Numbered from the stretch's first letter, positions 20,305-30,785 are shown. The stretch: DNA of 64,000 nucleotides from Myxococcota bacterium (GCA_039194325.1 JBCCWC010000003.1:96001-160000); one strand, 5' to 3'. The notes: a model not told the origin generated them from the sequence alone. Numbers and translations: made by a program.

Positions 20305-21242
20305 TGTTTCACGTGGAACACTCCTCGAGCGCGCTGACCGGTAGCCCCTCACAACGTGAAACAAGGGGAACGTTTCACGTGAAACACCGAGCGTCCGGAA
20401 CCTCGTGGGACATCGAGACGACGTGTTCCACGTGGAACACGGTAGGACACCTCGCCAAGACGATCTTCGTCGCGCTGCTCAGGGCTGGGATACCGGAAGC
20501 CTCGGTCAGACCGTCGACCGTGCTGGGCGGTGTTTCACGTGGAACATCGAGCACGCTCGATCGACGACGCACGCACATCAGCCCGTTCGGTCATCGGAGC
20601 CTTGCATCACGGGCGCCAGACCGTTCGCCCCAGGAGCAGCCCTGGTCGCTCGCCCCGGGGGACCGGAAATAGTGGTGGTCCACGTGAAACGCCGCCCGGT
20701 GCATTCGACGGTCTGCCCGAGGCTGACAATCGCCGCCAAGGGCAACACCACGTGAAGAACTCCTTGGCTCGAGATGTCCTGGCATGTTCCACGTGAAACA
20801 CCAACCCATAGGCCCCATAATCCGCCCAGAGTCGTCCTTGTCAGGAAGCAGTCGAGGACTTCCAACTGATTGGCGAGTCCCACCGGATTGCAGAGGCGGT
20901 CGGCGAATCAGGCCGCATGCAACGATCCACCACCACCACGGTACCCGGCGCCTGGCGAGGGGCACCGCACTCCCCATAACCATCGCAGCCTTATCCAGAC
21001 TCAACTTGAAATCCCATCACTCCCCACCGAGATCCACGTGTCACGGCACCTGGTTTTTTTTCGGCCACCCTGGTGACCCTTGAATCCACGTGACATAGTA
21101 TGATACCACGTGTTATCTTCACCTGAGATGCCTCTTCGAGCCAGTGTTCGGGTGCGAAGACCGCTCGACTCGATAGAATATAAAACGGTGTTGGATCTCG
21201 TAGCTCTTGCTTGCCTACTACTTTTTTGTTCCACGTGGAAAC
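20305..21242. promoter_or_regulatory. parS (ParB-binding centromere) cluster
   Basis: TGTTTCACGTGGAACA 20305-20320; CGTTTCACGTGAAACA 20371-20386; TGTTCCACGTGGAACA 20424-20439; TGTTTCACGTGGAACA 20531-20546; TGGTCCACGTGAAACG 20676-20691; TGTTCCACGTGAAACA 20785-20800; TGTTCCACGTGGAAAC 21227-21242; several further degenerate sites. Confidence 0.95.
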
Positions 21243-21644
21243 ACCCCATCGCGCCCTGATCACCCGCCCTGGACCCATGCCCACCGCGGCCAAACCGAGG
21301 TCCAAAAATGCGGCCCGACGCTGACGTGGCTCCACCAGGATCATCGGACAAGGACGAACGGCCGCGACCACCAATCCCGGCAAGCCGCCCCCGCTTCCCA
21401 CGTCGACCCAGCAACAACCAGCATCGACGGGGGTGACCTGCTCCACGCACGCGACACACTGAAGCCCTTCTTGGACGTGTTCGACCAGAGCCTCACGCTC
21501 GAGCGCGCCTACGAGGTTGATGCTGCGCCCATATTGCTGCCAAAGGCCGATCAAGCGTTCCAGTCGCTCCCACGCGTCGTCGGAGACCGCAAGCCCCACC
21601 GAGTCGGTCCACGCTCGTAGCTGCTCACGCGGCACCCTCGGCAT
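20991..21644 (-). CDS. rsmG: 16S rRNA m7G527 methyltransferase GidB
   Basis: INLVG, VDVGSGGGLPGL, LVEPRQRRAAFL, SRA; divergent C-terminus. Confidence 0.88.
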   Translation of the reverse strand: MPRVPREQLRAWTDSVGLAVSDDAWERLERLIGLWQQYGRSINLVGALEREALVEHVQEGLQCVACVEQVTPVDAGCCWVDVGSGGGLPGLVVAAVRPCPMILVEPRQRRAAFLDLGLAAVGMGPGRVIRARWGVSTWNKKVVGKQELRDPTPFYILSSRAVFAPEHWLEEASQVKITRGIILCHVDSRVTRVAEKKPGAVTRGSRWGVMGFQVESG

Positions 21645-21745
21645 CTTGCCACGGCCGGGCCACGGCCGGGCCACGTACGGGTGGATAGGTCCCCGCCCGG
21701 CCCCAACGCCCGACGCCCCATCGCGTTGGTCTATGCTCCCCGGCC

Positions 21746-22984
21746 ATGGACGCCACCCAGCGCGCACGGCAGCGCCTCGCCGAGCTCGAGGCCGACCAGC
21801 TGCTGCGACGCTCGCCCCGGGTCACCGACCGCGAGGGCGTTCGCTATGCCCTCGATGGCCAACCCGTCATCGGGCTGTGCAGCAACGACTACCTCGGCCT
21901 AGCCGACGATCCCCAGCTCACCGCGACGAGCCGGGCCCCCGCCGGAGCCGGAGCATCACGGCTGATCTGCGGCGATCTCCCCGCTCATCGCACGCTCGAG
22001 GCCCGACTCGCGAACCTGACGGGAGCCGACGACGCCGTGCTGTTTCCCAGCGGCTTCCAGCTCAACGTGGGCGTGCTCCCCACGCTACTCGAGCCGGGCG
22101 ACCACGTCGACAGCGATGCCCTCAACCACGCCAGCTTGATCGACGGCATGCGCCTGGCGCCCGTACGTCCCCGCGTCATCGCCCACGGTCGCACACCCGA
22201 GCCGCAACGGCTCGAGGGCTCCGCCATGCACTGGTGGGTCACCGAGTCGATCTTCTCGATGGATGGCGATCGCCTCGACCCCGCGGCCACCCGCCACCAC
22301 CTCAGCGGAGGCCACTCGCTCTACGTCGACGAAGCCCACGCGCTGGGGTTGTTCGACGGGGGCCGGGGCTGGCTGGGTCACCATCGGATCCGGCCGACCG
22401 CGCTCGTCGGCACGCTGAGCAAAGCGTTCGGCTGCGCCGGAGCATTCGTGGCCGCATCCGCGCCGATCTGCGCGCTCATCCGCAACCGAGCACGCAGCTT
22501 CGTCTTTAGCACCGGCATCAGCCCGACCCTCGTCGACCGGATCGACCGAGCCCTAGACCTGGTGACCGGCCCCGAGGGCACGCGCCGGCGCGAGCGACTG
22601 TGGTCCAACGTGCAGCACCTGGCCCGCGCGCTCGGGCTGACCGATCGGCCGCCCTCCCCGATCTTTCCCGTAGTGATCGGGAGCAATCCACTGGCGCTCC
22701 GGCTCGCGGATGCCCTGCTCGAACGCGGGTGGCACGTGCAAGCGATCCGCCCGCCCACGGTGCCCGCGGGTACGGCTCGCCTGCGCCTGACCGTGAGCGC
22801 CGCCCACGAACCCGAGCAGCTCGACGCGTTCGCCCGCGATCTGCTCGCCCTGCTCGGCCGCGAAGATCTCCCCCTCCGCGTCGAGCGAGGTGCCTCGACC
22901 CCGTCCGACGTCCGCCCGATAGACGACCCGCTCCGTCGCCGGACCGAGCGCCATCACCCCGACCTCACCCGTCGCCCGGCATGA
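21746..22984 (+). CDS. bioF: 8-amino-7-oxononanoate synthase
   Basis: CSNDYLGLA, GAGASRL, DALNHASLIDG, ESIFSMDGD, VDEAH, GTLSKAFG, AIRPPTVP. Confidence 0.95.
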   Translation: MDATQRARQRLAELEADQLLRRSPRVTDREGVRYALDGQPVIGLCSNDYLGLADDPQLTATSRAPAGAGASRLICGDLPAHRTLEARLANLTGADDAVLFPSGFQLNVGVLPTLLEPGDHVDSDALNHASLIDGMRLAPVRPRVIAHGRTPEPQRLEGSAMHWWVTESIFSMDGDRLDPAATRHHLSGGHSLYVDEAHALGLFDGGRGWLGHHRIRPTALVGTLSKAFGCAGAFVAASAPICALIRNRARSFVFSTGISPTLVDRIDRALDLVTGPEGTRRRERLWSNVQHLARALGLTDRPPSPIFPVVIGSNPLALRLADALLERGWHVQAIRPPTVPAGTARLRLTVSAAHEPEQLDAFARDLLALLGREDLPLRVERGASTPSDVRPIDDPLRRRTERHHPDLTRRPA

Positions 22985-22991
22985 ACCGGCT

Positions 22992-23705
22992 GTGTCGACC
23001 CGCATCTTCATCGTCGGCACCGACACGGAAGTAGGCAAGACCGCCGTCACCGCGGCGTTGCTGCACACGGCAACCCAGCGGGGAGTCCGTGCGATCCCCT
23101 TCAAGCCGGCCCAGAGCGGTGAGGACACCCCCTCGGACATCGAGCGCCTCCTCGCCGCCGCGGGCCTTCCGAATGACTCGGTCGACTCGGCGTGCCCGCT
23201 TCGCTATGCACCACCGCTGGCCCCCGGCCTCGCCGACGACCCGACCCCCTTCCGCACCGGCAACCCGACGCCCGATCCCACCGTGCTTCACGACGTGAGC
23301 ACGGCCCTCGACCACTGGGAGGCGCAGCACGATCCGGCGCTCACCCTGGTCGAAGGCGCCGGTGGTCTCCACGTGCCGATGCCCGGCGCCACGTGGCAAC
23401 CGGCATGGATCACGGCACTATGCTCGCGCACGCTGGTGGTCGGACGAGCAGGCCTGGGCACGATCAACCACACCCTGGCCACCATCACCGGACTTCGGGA
23501 TCTGGGTCGCCCCCCGCTGGGCTTCGTACTCTCCCTGACCGAACCACGAGCCGATCCCTCGGTACCCGACAACGCCATGGTCATCGCCGCTGCATCCGGG
23601 GTTCCCCACTTGGGCACGCTACCCCATGGCTCCGAGCCGGCATCGACGCCCGATCTACTCGACGCCCTCCTCGCGCGGCTCGATCCACCCGCCCGCCGCC
23701 AATAG
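22992..23705 (+). CDS. bioD: Dethiobiotin synthase
   Basis: GTDTEVGKT, FKPAQSG, VEGAGG, GLGTINHT. Confidence 0.95.
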   Translation: MSTRIFIVGTDTEVGKTAVTAALLHTATQRGVRAIPFKPAQSGEDTPSDIERLLAAAGLPNDSVDSACPLRYAPPLAPGLADDPTPFRTGNPTPDPTVLHDVSTALDHWEAQHDPALTLVEGAGGLHVPMPGATWQPAWITALCSRTLVVGRAGLGTINHTLATITGLRDLGRPPLGFVLSLTEPRADPSVPDNAMVIAAASGVPHLGTLPHGSEPASTPDLLDALLARLDPPARRQ

Positions 23706-23751
23706 TTCCACGGTGACGATCCAGCCACCGCCCACCGCACTTGCCGAGCGG

Positions 23752-25125
23752 TCACTTCCCGATACAGAACCGAGCGAAGATCGCGGCGAGTACGTCCTGC
23801 CCCACTGGACCCAGCGCGCTACGTCCGGTGATCTCCCCCAGCCGCGCTTGGGCTACACCCAAGGCGAAGGCCGCCAGCTCGAGGTACTCGTCGTTGCGAA
23901 GATGACCCCGGGCTTCGTCGATCGCCGCCATCGCTTCGCGCGCACGATCATGATGCCGGGCCAGCCCGATCCATGCCGTGTCCTGCCCGGCGGCGAACCA
24001 CTGAAGCATCGCCTCGCGAACGGCATCCAGACCCCGAGGGGCCGCACCCGGCTCGAGCGATACCCCGATCCACGCCGGGCGCCGGATCCCTCGATCCCGC
24101 TTGCTCTCCACCCGGATCACCGTGGCTGCACGGGCGAGCTCCCGGACTACATCATTGGTCTCGGCCTTGGTCCCAGTCTCAATCTCGGTCCCGACTCCGG
24201 CCGAGTCCGCCGCCTCTACCCACAAGACGACATCGGCGCCTTCGACCTGCGCCCGACTCAGGGCAACCCCGGCTCGCTCCACCGCCTCGGCCCCCTCGCG
24301 CAAGCCTGCGGTGTCTACCAGGGTGGATCCGTAGCGCCCAAGCTCCAGCTCCGCCTCCACGTAGTCGCGGGTCGTCCCCGGCTGATCCGCGACGAGGGCC
24401 CGGTCTCGCCCTAGCAGCGCGTTGAACAGGGAGCTCTTGCCCGCATTGGGCGGACCGGCCAACACCACGCGAGCCCGAGCTCTCGCCCGACGTCCCGCCT
24501 CGAAGCGGGCCAGCCAGCGCTCGACCGCGGCGTGCCGCTGCGTCACCTCCTGCCGCCACCGGGCGACATCGGCCGGGTCGACGTCCTCGGGGAAGTCGAG
24601 GTTGGCTTCGATCTCCGCGCGAAGCTCCAGCAGCGCTCGTCGTTCGCTCTGCACCTGTCGACCGAGCTCGCCAGCCGCGAGCCGCCGCGCCTGACCGAGC
24701 GCCGCGTCGGTCTGCGCCCCGATCACCGCAGCGATCCCCTCGGCCTGGTCGAGGCTCAGCCGCCCTAGCTCGAACGCCCGGCGCGAGAAATCCCCGGGCC
24801 CCGCGGCGGTCCCCCCCCGCGACAGGAGCGTGCGGACCACGGCGTCTACGTTGCGTGCACCGGCGTGTACGTGCAGCTCGACCACGTCCTCGCCGGTGAA
24901 CGAGCGCGGCCCTGGCATGAGCACCACCAGCCCGTCCTCCGCCTCCCCGTCGCCGAGATCGATCCGCCGCCGCACCAACCGTCGATCCTCCGGCAGCGTC
25001 TGGACGACCCCTCCTACGATCGCGCGCGCTCGCGGTCCGCTGACTCGCACGACCGCCACGCCCCCATCGGGTTGCCCGCTGGCCACGCCCACCAGCGTCG
25101 GTCGTTGCTCCGGGTCGTCGCTCAT
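23752..25125 (-). CDS. mnmE: tRNA modification GTPase MnmE (TrmE)
   Basis: VVRVSG, PRSFTGEDVVELH, GPPNAGKSS, GTTRD, DTAG, C-terminal FCIGK. Confidence 0.96.
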   Translation of the reverse strand: MSDDPEQRPTLVGVASGQPDGGVAVVRVSGPRARAIVGGVVQTLPEDRRLVRRRIDLGDGEAEDGLVVLMPGPRSFTGEDVVELHVHAGARNVDAVVRTLLSRGGTAAGPGDFSRRAFELGRLSLDQAEGIAAVIGAQTDAALGQARRLAAGELGRQVQSERRALLELRAEIEANLDFPEDVDPADVARWRQEVTQRHAAVERWLARFEAGRRARARARVVLAGPPNAGKSSLFNALLGRDRALVADQPGTTRDYVEAELELGRYGSTLVDTAGLREGAEAVERAGVALSRAQVEGADVVLWVEAADSAGVGTEIETGTKAETNDVVRELARAATVIRVESKRDRGIRRPAWIGVSLEPGAAPRGLDAVREAMLQWFAAGQDTAWIGLARHHDRAREAMAAIDEARGHLRNDEYLELAAFALGVAQARLGEITGRSALGPVGQDVLAAIFARFCIGK

Positions 25126-25255
25126 CCGTCTCGCTCCGTGCTCAACCAACGCCAAGGGCGTCGAGTCCTCGACCCGACGCCCCCCGCTTCGGTCCGCGCG
25201 CTAGCAATTGCAACCCGCCCCGTCTTTGCCCCTCCTGAGCCTTACAGGGCAAGAC

Positions 25256-25416
25256 CGAGGCCGGGCGCGACGCAGTCGCGCATCCCCAGCCGGCCTCGGC
25301 ATAGATACACGAGGCCGGGCGCGACGCAGTCGCGCATCCCCCAGCCGGCCTCGGCATAGATACACGAGGCCGGGCGCGACGTAGTCGCGCATCCCCAGCC
25401 GGCCTCGGCATAAACA
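25256..25416. repeat. Three tandem 54-55 bp palindromic (REP-like) units
   Basis: CGAGGCCGGGCGCGACGCAGTCGCGCATCCCCAGCCGGCCTCGGCATAGATACA at 25256, 25310 and 25365; nested stems. Confidence 0.9.
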
Positions 25417-25417
25417 A

Positions 25418-25957
25418 TCAGCCCTTGGATCGGCGCTCGGGAAACACGACTACGTGTCGCTTGCGACCCTCGCCCTCGGACTCGGTGGCGAGGCCATCGA
25501 TGTCGGCAATGGTCATGTGCACGACCCGTCGCTCCATCGCGCTCATCGGCTCGAAGTGATAGGCCCGACGGTTGTCGAGCACCTTGGACGCCACGCTCTG
25601 CGCGAGCTGTCGCAGGGTCTTCTCGCGCCGGGTGCGATATCCCGCCACGTCGAGGGTGATCCGCATGCGCGGATGACCTTCGGCCTGCAGCACCCGCAAC
25701 GTCAGATACTGAAGAGCATCGAGGGTCGCCCCGTGCCGACCGATGAGCAGCCCCCCATCGTCAGGCGAGCAGTTGAGGTCGCAGTGCAACCCGTCATCCT
25801 CGATGTCGATGTCGACCTCGACCTCGACCCCCAACAGACCCAGCACGGTCTCGAGGAAGGTGCGCACGACCGGAACGCTCTCGCCAAAGCGTTCTTCGGC
25901 CGGGGCCCTCGCGTCCGCCATCGATGGTGTTCCGTCGCCGCCCTTCGCATCCGTCAT
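25418..25957 (-). CDS. jag: Jag/EloR/KhpB RNA-binding protein (KH + R3H, no Jag_N domain)
   Basis: LLIGRHGATLDALQYL, LDVAGYR, ERRVVH, TESEGEG; position after yidC. Confidence 0.92.
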   Translation of the reverse strand: MTDAKGGDGTPSMADARAPAEERFGESVPVVRTFLETVLGLLGVEVEVDIDIEDDGLHCDLNCSPDDGGLLIGRHGATLDALQYLTLRVLQAEGHPRMRITLDVAGYRTRREKTLRQLAQSVASKVLDNRRAYHFEPMSAMERRVVHMTIADIDGLATESEGEGRKRHVVVFPERRSKG

Positions 25958-25989
25958 GCGCGTCGCTCCTGCTCTTGGTGCCGGCCGCG

Positions 25990-27648
25990 TCAGGTGGCGG
26001 CGGCTTCGGTCTGCTTGTTGGTGCCGACCTGGATGGCCGTTTGGATCAAGGACAGCACGATATTCGCGAAGATATAGAGCCCCAGGCCGGAAGGCAAAAA
26101 CAACATGAACACCGTAAACATGATGGGCATGACCCAGCGCATGATCTTGGCCTGGGCCGCGTCCATGGTGCTGGGCATCATCCGGTTTTGGAGGACCATC
26201 AGCGCTCCCAGCGCAAGGGGCAGGATGTAGAAGGGATCCTGCTCGGTCAGATCGGGAAGCCACAAGAACGGCACGTGGACCAGCTCCACCGCGGCGCCCA
26301 GCATGGAGTAGAGCGCAAACCAGATCGGCAGCTGCACGAGCATGGGGAAGCACCCCGCCAGCGGGTTGACCCCGGAGCGAGCAAACAGCGCCTGCATCTC
26401 CTGGCCCTGCTTGACCCGGTCGTCGCCGTACTTCTCCTTGATCTTGTTCATCTCCGGCTGGATCTCCTTCATCCGCTTCATGGAGCTCATCTGCTTGAGC
26501 GTCAGCGGGAGGGTGGCCGCTTTGATCATCACGGTCAGCAAGACGATCGATACGCCCCAGTTGCCGACCAAACCGTGCAACCAGCGCAGCAGCGACAGCA
26601 GCATCTTGCCGAGCCACTCGGAGACCCCGCCGAAGAAGCCCCAGTCGATCGCCTCCTCGAGCTGGACCGCCGCGTCGACCCCGGAGAAGGCCTGCAGGCG
26701 CTCGAGCTCTTTGGGCCCGATGTAAAGGCCGAACACGTGCGTGCTCGCACGACCCGGCTCGAGCTCGACGGGCACGGTTCCCAGCCGGGTCTCCACAGCC
26801 GACTCGTCCTCGGCCAGCGAGACCTCGCAGTCCTGGGCCTCCTGCTGGGGCACCATCAGGGTGGTGAAGTACTTGCCGTCGACCCCGGCCCACTGGATCT
26901 GGCCGGCATGACGCACTGGCCCATCGTCGACATCGGACTGATCCTCGTCCTCTACGTCCTCGGCAGTTCGGCAAAGACCTCGCCGTATGTCGTAGCGGGA
27001 ATCGCTCTTGCCGATCCGCGCCCGCAGGTTTAGCCGCTCCTCGAGCGGAGTGGTACCGCGGTTGCGGACCTCGACCTCGAGCCGGGCCTGATAGCCCTCG
27101 AGCAGCTCGAAGCGCTCGATCACCTCGACCCGCGATCCCTTATAGGCCAGCGTCACCCGACGGTCGGAGACTTCGCTTACCTCGTAGGCAGCCCCGCGTG
27201 GGACCAGCAGGTTGCCGTCCTCGTCGGACACGCTGATCTCGAGCGTGCGCTTGCCGGTCAGACCGTAGGCGTCGGTAGCCGTGGTGTGACCCTCGAACTG
27301 CGGAGACAGCAGATGCACCCCGGAGACCAAGCCCCCGCGCCCGGGCGACTTGTTGGTCATCATGACCGCGAGCAGGTCATTGCGAACCTCGTGCTCGACG
27401 GTCTCGACCTCGGGAGCCGTCGGCTCGACCATGGGCTCCGATGAAGCCTTCGGGTCGGCCGCGCCCGCCTTGCCTTCGACCCCCTCGCCGGGCGCCTTGC
27501 CCTCGAACTCGGCCACCTTGCCCTCCGCGTCCGCGATGGCGTCGGACGAGGCTTCCTCGGGCGGCGGCTTGGGATTGAGGGCATCGAAGACGATGAAGAT
27601 GACGGCGCATAGCGCCACGGCCACGAAGATTCGCGTCTGGAAGTTCAC
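25990..27648 (-). CDS. yidC: Membrane protein insertase YidC
   Basis: [49 protein letters not shown]. Confidence 0.96.
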   Translation of the reverse strand: MNFQTRIFVAVALCAVIFIVFDALNPKPPPEEASSDAIADAEGKVAEFEGKAPGEGVEGKAGAADPKASSEPMVEPTAPEVETVEHEVRNDLLAVMMTNKSPGRGGLVSGVHLLSPQFEGHTTATDAYGLTGKRTLEISVSDEDGNLLVPRGAAYEVSEVSDRRVTLAYKGSRVEVIERFELLEGYQARLEVEVRNRGTTPLEERLNLRARIGKSDSRYDIRRGLCRTAEDVEDEDQSDVDDGPVRHAGQIQWAGVDGKYFTTLMVPQQEAQDCEVSLAEDESAVETRLGTVPVELEPGRASTHVFGLYIGPKELERLQAFSGVDAAVQLEEAIDWGFFGGVSEWLGKMLLSLLRWLHGLVGNWGVSIVLLTVMIKAATLPLTLKQMSSMKRMKEIQPEMNKIKEKYGDDRVKQGQEMQALFARSGVNPLAGCFPMLVQLPIWFALYSMLGAAVELVHVPFLWLPDLTEQDPFYILPLALGALMVLQNRMMPSTMDAAQAKIMRWVMPIMFTVFMLFLPSGLGLYIFANIVLSLIQTAIQVGTNKQTEAAAT

Positions 27649-27923
27649 GGTGTTGCGCTCTGTTCGGGCCGGTCCTCCGGCCGCGGATCCGCCTCGGCCA
27701 GCGGTTCGGGCACAGGATCGAACCCCCCGGGATGGAAGGGGTGGCAGCGCAGCAAACGCCGCGCCGCGAGCCAGCTGCCCCGCGCCGCGCCGTGCATACG
27801 CACCGCGTCCGCGGCATAGCACGAGCAGCTCGGGTAGAAACGACAGCGAGGGCCGAGCATCGGCGACACGTACCGCCGGTATACGGCAATCATGCCAACC
27901 AAGAGGCGAGCCACGATGCTCAT
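27645..27923 (-). CDS. yidD: Membrane protein insertion efficiency factor YidD
   Basis: [29 protein letters not shown]. Confidence 0.95.
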   Translation of the reverse strand: MSIVARLLVGMIAVYRRYVSPMLGPRCRFYPSCSCYAADAVRMHGAARGSWLAARRLLRCHPFHPGGFDPVPEPLAEADPRPEDRPEQSATP

Positions 27924-28354
27924 CGCGACCTCGAACTCCGGCCCGGGCTCCGACCCGAACCTCGACCCGACCCCCGAACCAGCCGAGCCGCCATGGCCCG
28001 TATGTCTTCGACAGCGGCTTCGTAGGTCAGGCTCGCCGCGTCTCGCTTGGCGACCCACACCATGTCGAGACCCTCAGGCAACGCCCGGCGCTCCCGACGA
28101 AACGCCTCACGGATCAACCGTTTGATGCGATTGCGCGTCACCGCTTTGCCGACCTTGCGAGTAACGGTGACTCCCAGCCGCGTCCCCGGCAACCGCGAGT
28201 GATCCTCTTGCTGATGCCGACCCCCAAACAGACCACCAGGAGCTACAAACACCAGGAAATACCGCGTGTGGTGCTTGTGACCGCCACGCTGAACACGAAG
28301 GAACTCCCGCCGCCGCCGGAGCCGAAGGCGCCGCGGGAATCCTTCCGGTTTCAT
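27920..28354 (-). CDS. rnpA: RNase P protein component
   Basis: [25 protein letters not shown]. Confidence 0.95.
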   Translation of the reverse strand: MKPEGFPRRLRLRRRREFLRVQRGGHKHHTRYFLVFVAPGGLFGGRHQQEDHSRLPGTRLGVTVTRKVGKAVTRNRIKRLIREAFRRERRALPEGLDMVWVAKRDAASLTYEAAVEDIRAMAARLVRGSGRGSGRSPGRSSRSR

Positions 28355-28503
28355 TACTTATGCCCGGTCGTGACCGACAGGCGCTTGCGACCGCGTCGGC
28401 GACGAGCGGCCAGGATCTTGCGACCATGTCGCGTCGCCATGCGCGCGCGGAAGCCATGGGTACGCTTGCGGCGGGTTCCGTGGGGTTGATAGGTCCGTTT
28501 CAC
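28354..28503 (-). CDS. rpmH: 50S ribosomal protein L34
   Basis: GTG-KRTYQP...[30 protein letters not shown]. Confidence 0.97.
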   Translation of the reverse strand: MKRTYQPHGTRRKRTHGFRARMATRHGRKILAARRRRGRKRLSVTTGHK

Positions 28504-28581
28504 GACAGAGCTCCTCACCAAACGGCGGGATCCCGCCGAATTCCGGGTGCACCAGAGGATTACCCCCTGTCCGGGCGCGGA

Positions 28582-28610
28582 TCGATAGCAGCGGCCTCCT
28601 ACCCTGTCAA
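28582..28610 (-). promoter_or_regulatory. Putative sigma70 promoter of the rpmH operon
   Basis: Minus strand TTGACA - 17 bp - TATCGA with TG extension, about 80 bp upstream of rpmH. Confidence 0.6.
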
Positions 28611-29314
28611 ACCGAAGGACGCGTCGCCGTGGAACCCTCACAGACCTCAGCTGCTAGGGCAAGGCAGGCATCACCTGAATCGACGTGCGGTAGAGATCTC
28701 CTGCTCCGCGCCCACCTCGAAAAAAATTCGGCCGCGATTCCCGTCCCGCATCGATACCATCGGTACTTTCGGACCGTGCGGATCCGCCGATCGATCCGGC
28801 CCCGCGTCACAGTTTTGCCACACGCTGGTCTCTGGGGCGGTGTTCGACCCGGATCCGATCCCGCGTCCGCCCGCGCGAACACGCCCGAAGGTGAGCGGTT
28901 GGCATGCACTTGATCGACACCGAATCGAAACCTCGGACACATCCGCAAACCCGCTTGCCAAGCCGACTTGCGAGCCCGGCGCAACGGAAAGTCGCTTGAG
29001 ACGAAGACAGTACGAAACAGCTCTGATCGCGCTTTTGAATTCGTCAACGATCTCCATAGGATTCAGAAAACCGGCCTTTGGGCTGGCAATTGGAGATCGA
29101 CCGGCGCTAGTTCCGCATGATCGAAGAATCTAGCAATTCCAGAGCATTGAATCCCTGCGGAGACCGCGGGCTTGCGACCCTGGGGGAGACGGCAGTAGAA
29201 GCCTCCCCCCTGGTCGCGGGCCCACCCGTCGTTCGCCCGCGGCCGCCACAATCCACTCTCGTGATCTCCGCAGGTGGAAGCCCTCGGCTTCCCGGCTGGC
29301 CACACCCACCAGCC

Positions 29315-29403
29315 TGTGGACAGTCTTCTTTTGTCCTCAGGATTTCACGAATGTTTTCGAGCACTTCCACATTTATCCACAGGTTTGGCTCATCTGTGGA
29401 TGC
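29315..29403. promoter_or_regulatory. DnaA-box cluster upstream of dnaA
   Basis: Perfect TTATCCACA 29373-29381; degenerate ACTTCCACA 29363-29371, TGTGGACAG 29315-29323, TGTGGATGC 29395-29403. Confidence 0.75.
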
Positions 29404-29410
29404 GAGGGCT

Positions 29411-30784
29411 ATGACGGACATCTGGACCGAGGCATTGCGCGGGCTGCAACCCCGATTGGGGCGAGAGACCTACGATCTGTGGCTCCGACCGCTGGAGCTG
29501 CTGGATGCCGACGAGTCCCGGGTCCGCCTTCGAGCGCCCAGCCAGTTCATGAAGGAGTGGTTCGAGAACCACTACAAGGCGGCGGTCCTCGAGCAGATGC
29601 GCAGCCGAGGACGAACGCCACCGGTCATCGAGATCGAGGTGGCGACCGAGCCCCTGCCATCGGCGTCGGATCCCGAGCCACGAGCCACGCCGCCCGTCTC
29701 CTCCAACACAGCGCCTTCCCCGCCGTCACCATCTTCGGCTCCGGCCCCGACGGGTCTGGCCGATCGCTATCGCTTCGACACGTTCATCACCGGAGCCAGT
29801 AACGAGCTGGCGGCCTCGGCGGCCGCGGCCGTCGCCGAGGAACCGGGCCAGCGATTCAACCCGTTGCTCCTCTACGGCGGGGTGGGGCTGGGCAAGACCC
29901 ACCTGTTGCACGCGGTGGGTCACGCGATCCACGAAAACCATCCTCACCTGCGGATCGTCTATCTGAGCGCCGAGCGCTTTATGAACGAGTTCATCTCGGC
30001 GGTGCGATACAACCAGTTCGACGAGTTCCGCCAGCGCTATCGCGAAGACTGCGACGTCTTGTTGATCGACGACATCCAGTTCATCGCGGGACGCGACCGC
30101 ACGATGGACGAGTTCTTCCACGTGTTCAACGCGCTGTACGAGGCAGGCAAGCAGATCATGGTCACGGCTGATCGCACGCCCTCGGACATGCAGGGCATGG
30201 AGGAGCGGCTGACCTCGCGACTCAACTGGGGCCTGGTCGCCGACGTCAAGGCGCCCGACCTCGAGACCCGCGTGGCGATCTTGCGCCAGAAGGCCGAGCA
30301 AGACCGGATCGGCATTCCCGACGACGTCTGCGTGTACCTGGCCACCCTGGTGCGATCCAACGTGCGCGAGCTCGAGGGGGCCCTGGTGCGCGTCTCTACC
30401 TTCGCGGCGCTCAAGGGCAAGCCGATCACCGAGGCCTTCGTCCGCGAGGTGCTCGGCGACCCCGAGCGAGACGAGCGTCGCAGCGCACCGGTCACCGTGG
30501 AATCCGTGCTCAAGGTGGTCGCCCAGTATTTCTCGGTCCGGATCTCCGACATCAAGGGCCCCCGCCGCCACAAGGGCATCGCCCGGCCTCGCATGATCGC
30601 GATGTACCTCAGCCGTGAGCTCACCGGCTCGAGCTTCCCGGAGATCGGGCTTCGCTTCGGCGGCAAGGATCACTCCACCGTCATCAACGCCTGCAAGCGG
30701 ATGACCGCGATCCAGCAGAGCGAACACGAGCTGCGGGCCACGATCTCCCAGCTGCGAGCCCAGCTGACCGGCCACCCTCGCTGA
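29411..30784 (+). CDS. dnaA: Chromosomal replication initiator DnaA
   Basis: YRFDTF, FNPLLLYGGVGLGKTHL, LLIDDIQF, NVRELEGAL, FGGKDHSTV; ATG 29411. Confidence 0.98.
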   Translation: MTDIWTEALRGLQPRLGRETYDLWLRPLELLDADESRVRLRAPSQFMKEWFENHYKAAVLEQMRSRGRTPPVIEIEVATEPLPSASDPEPRATPPVSSNTAPSPPSPSSAPAPTGLADRYRFDTFITGASNELAASAAAAVAEEPGQRFNPLLLYGGVGLGKTHLLHAVGHAIHENHPHLRIVYLSAERFMNEFISAVRYNQFDEFRQRYREDCDVLLIDDIQFIAGRDRTMDEFFHVFNALYEAGKQIMVTADRTPSDMQGMEERLTSRLNWGLVADVKAPDLETRVAILRQKAEQDRIGIPDDVCVYLATLVRSNVRELEGALVRVSTFAALKGKPITEAFVREVLGDPERDERRSAPVTVESVLKVVAQYFSVRISDIKGPRRHKGIARPRMIAMYLSRELTGSSFPEIGLRFGGKDHSTVINACKRMTAIQQSEHELRATISQLRAQLTGHPR

Positions 30785-30785
30785 C

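Noticed and set aside
20305..20800. CRISPR or iteron interpretation of the spaced 16-mers, and short ORFs containing FHVEH/FHVKH
   Set aside because: Spacing is irregular and the sites match the parS palindrome; the peptides are just translations of parS
25256..25416. CRISPR array
   Set aside because: Units are contiguous and near-identical with no unique spacers; no cas genes
29117..29410. N-terminal extension of DnaA (likewise the long upstream extensions of gyrB, jag, yidC, mutM, rsmA, tsaD and the 9006 ORF)
   Set aside because: Extensions overlap regulatory sites or other genes; family motifs begin at downstream starts
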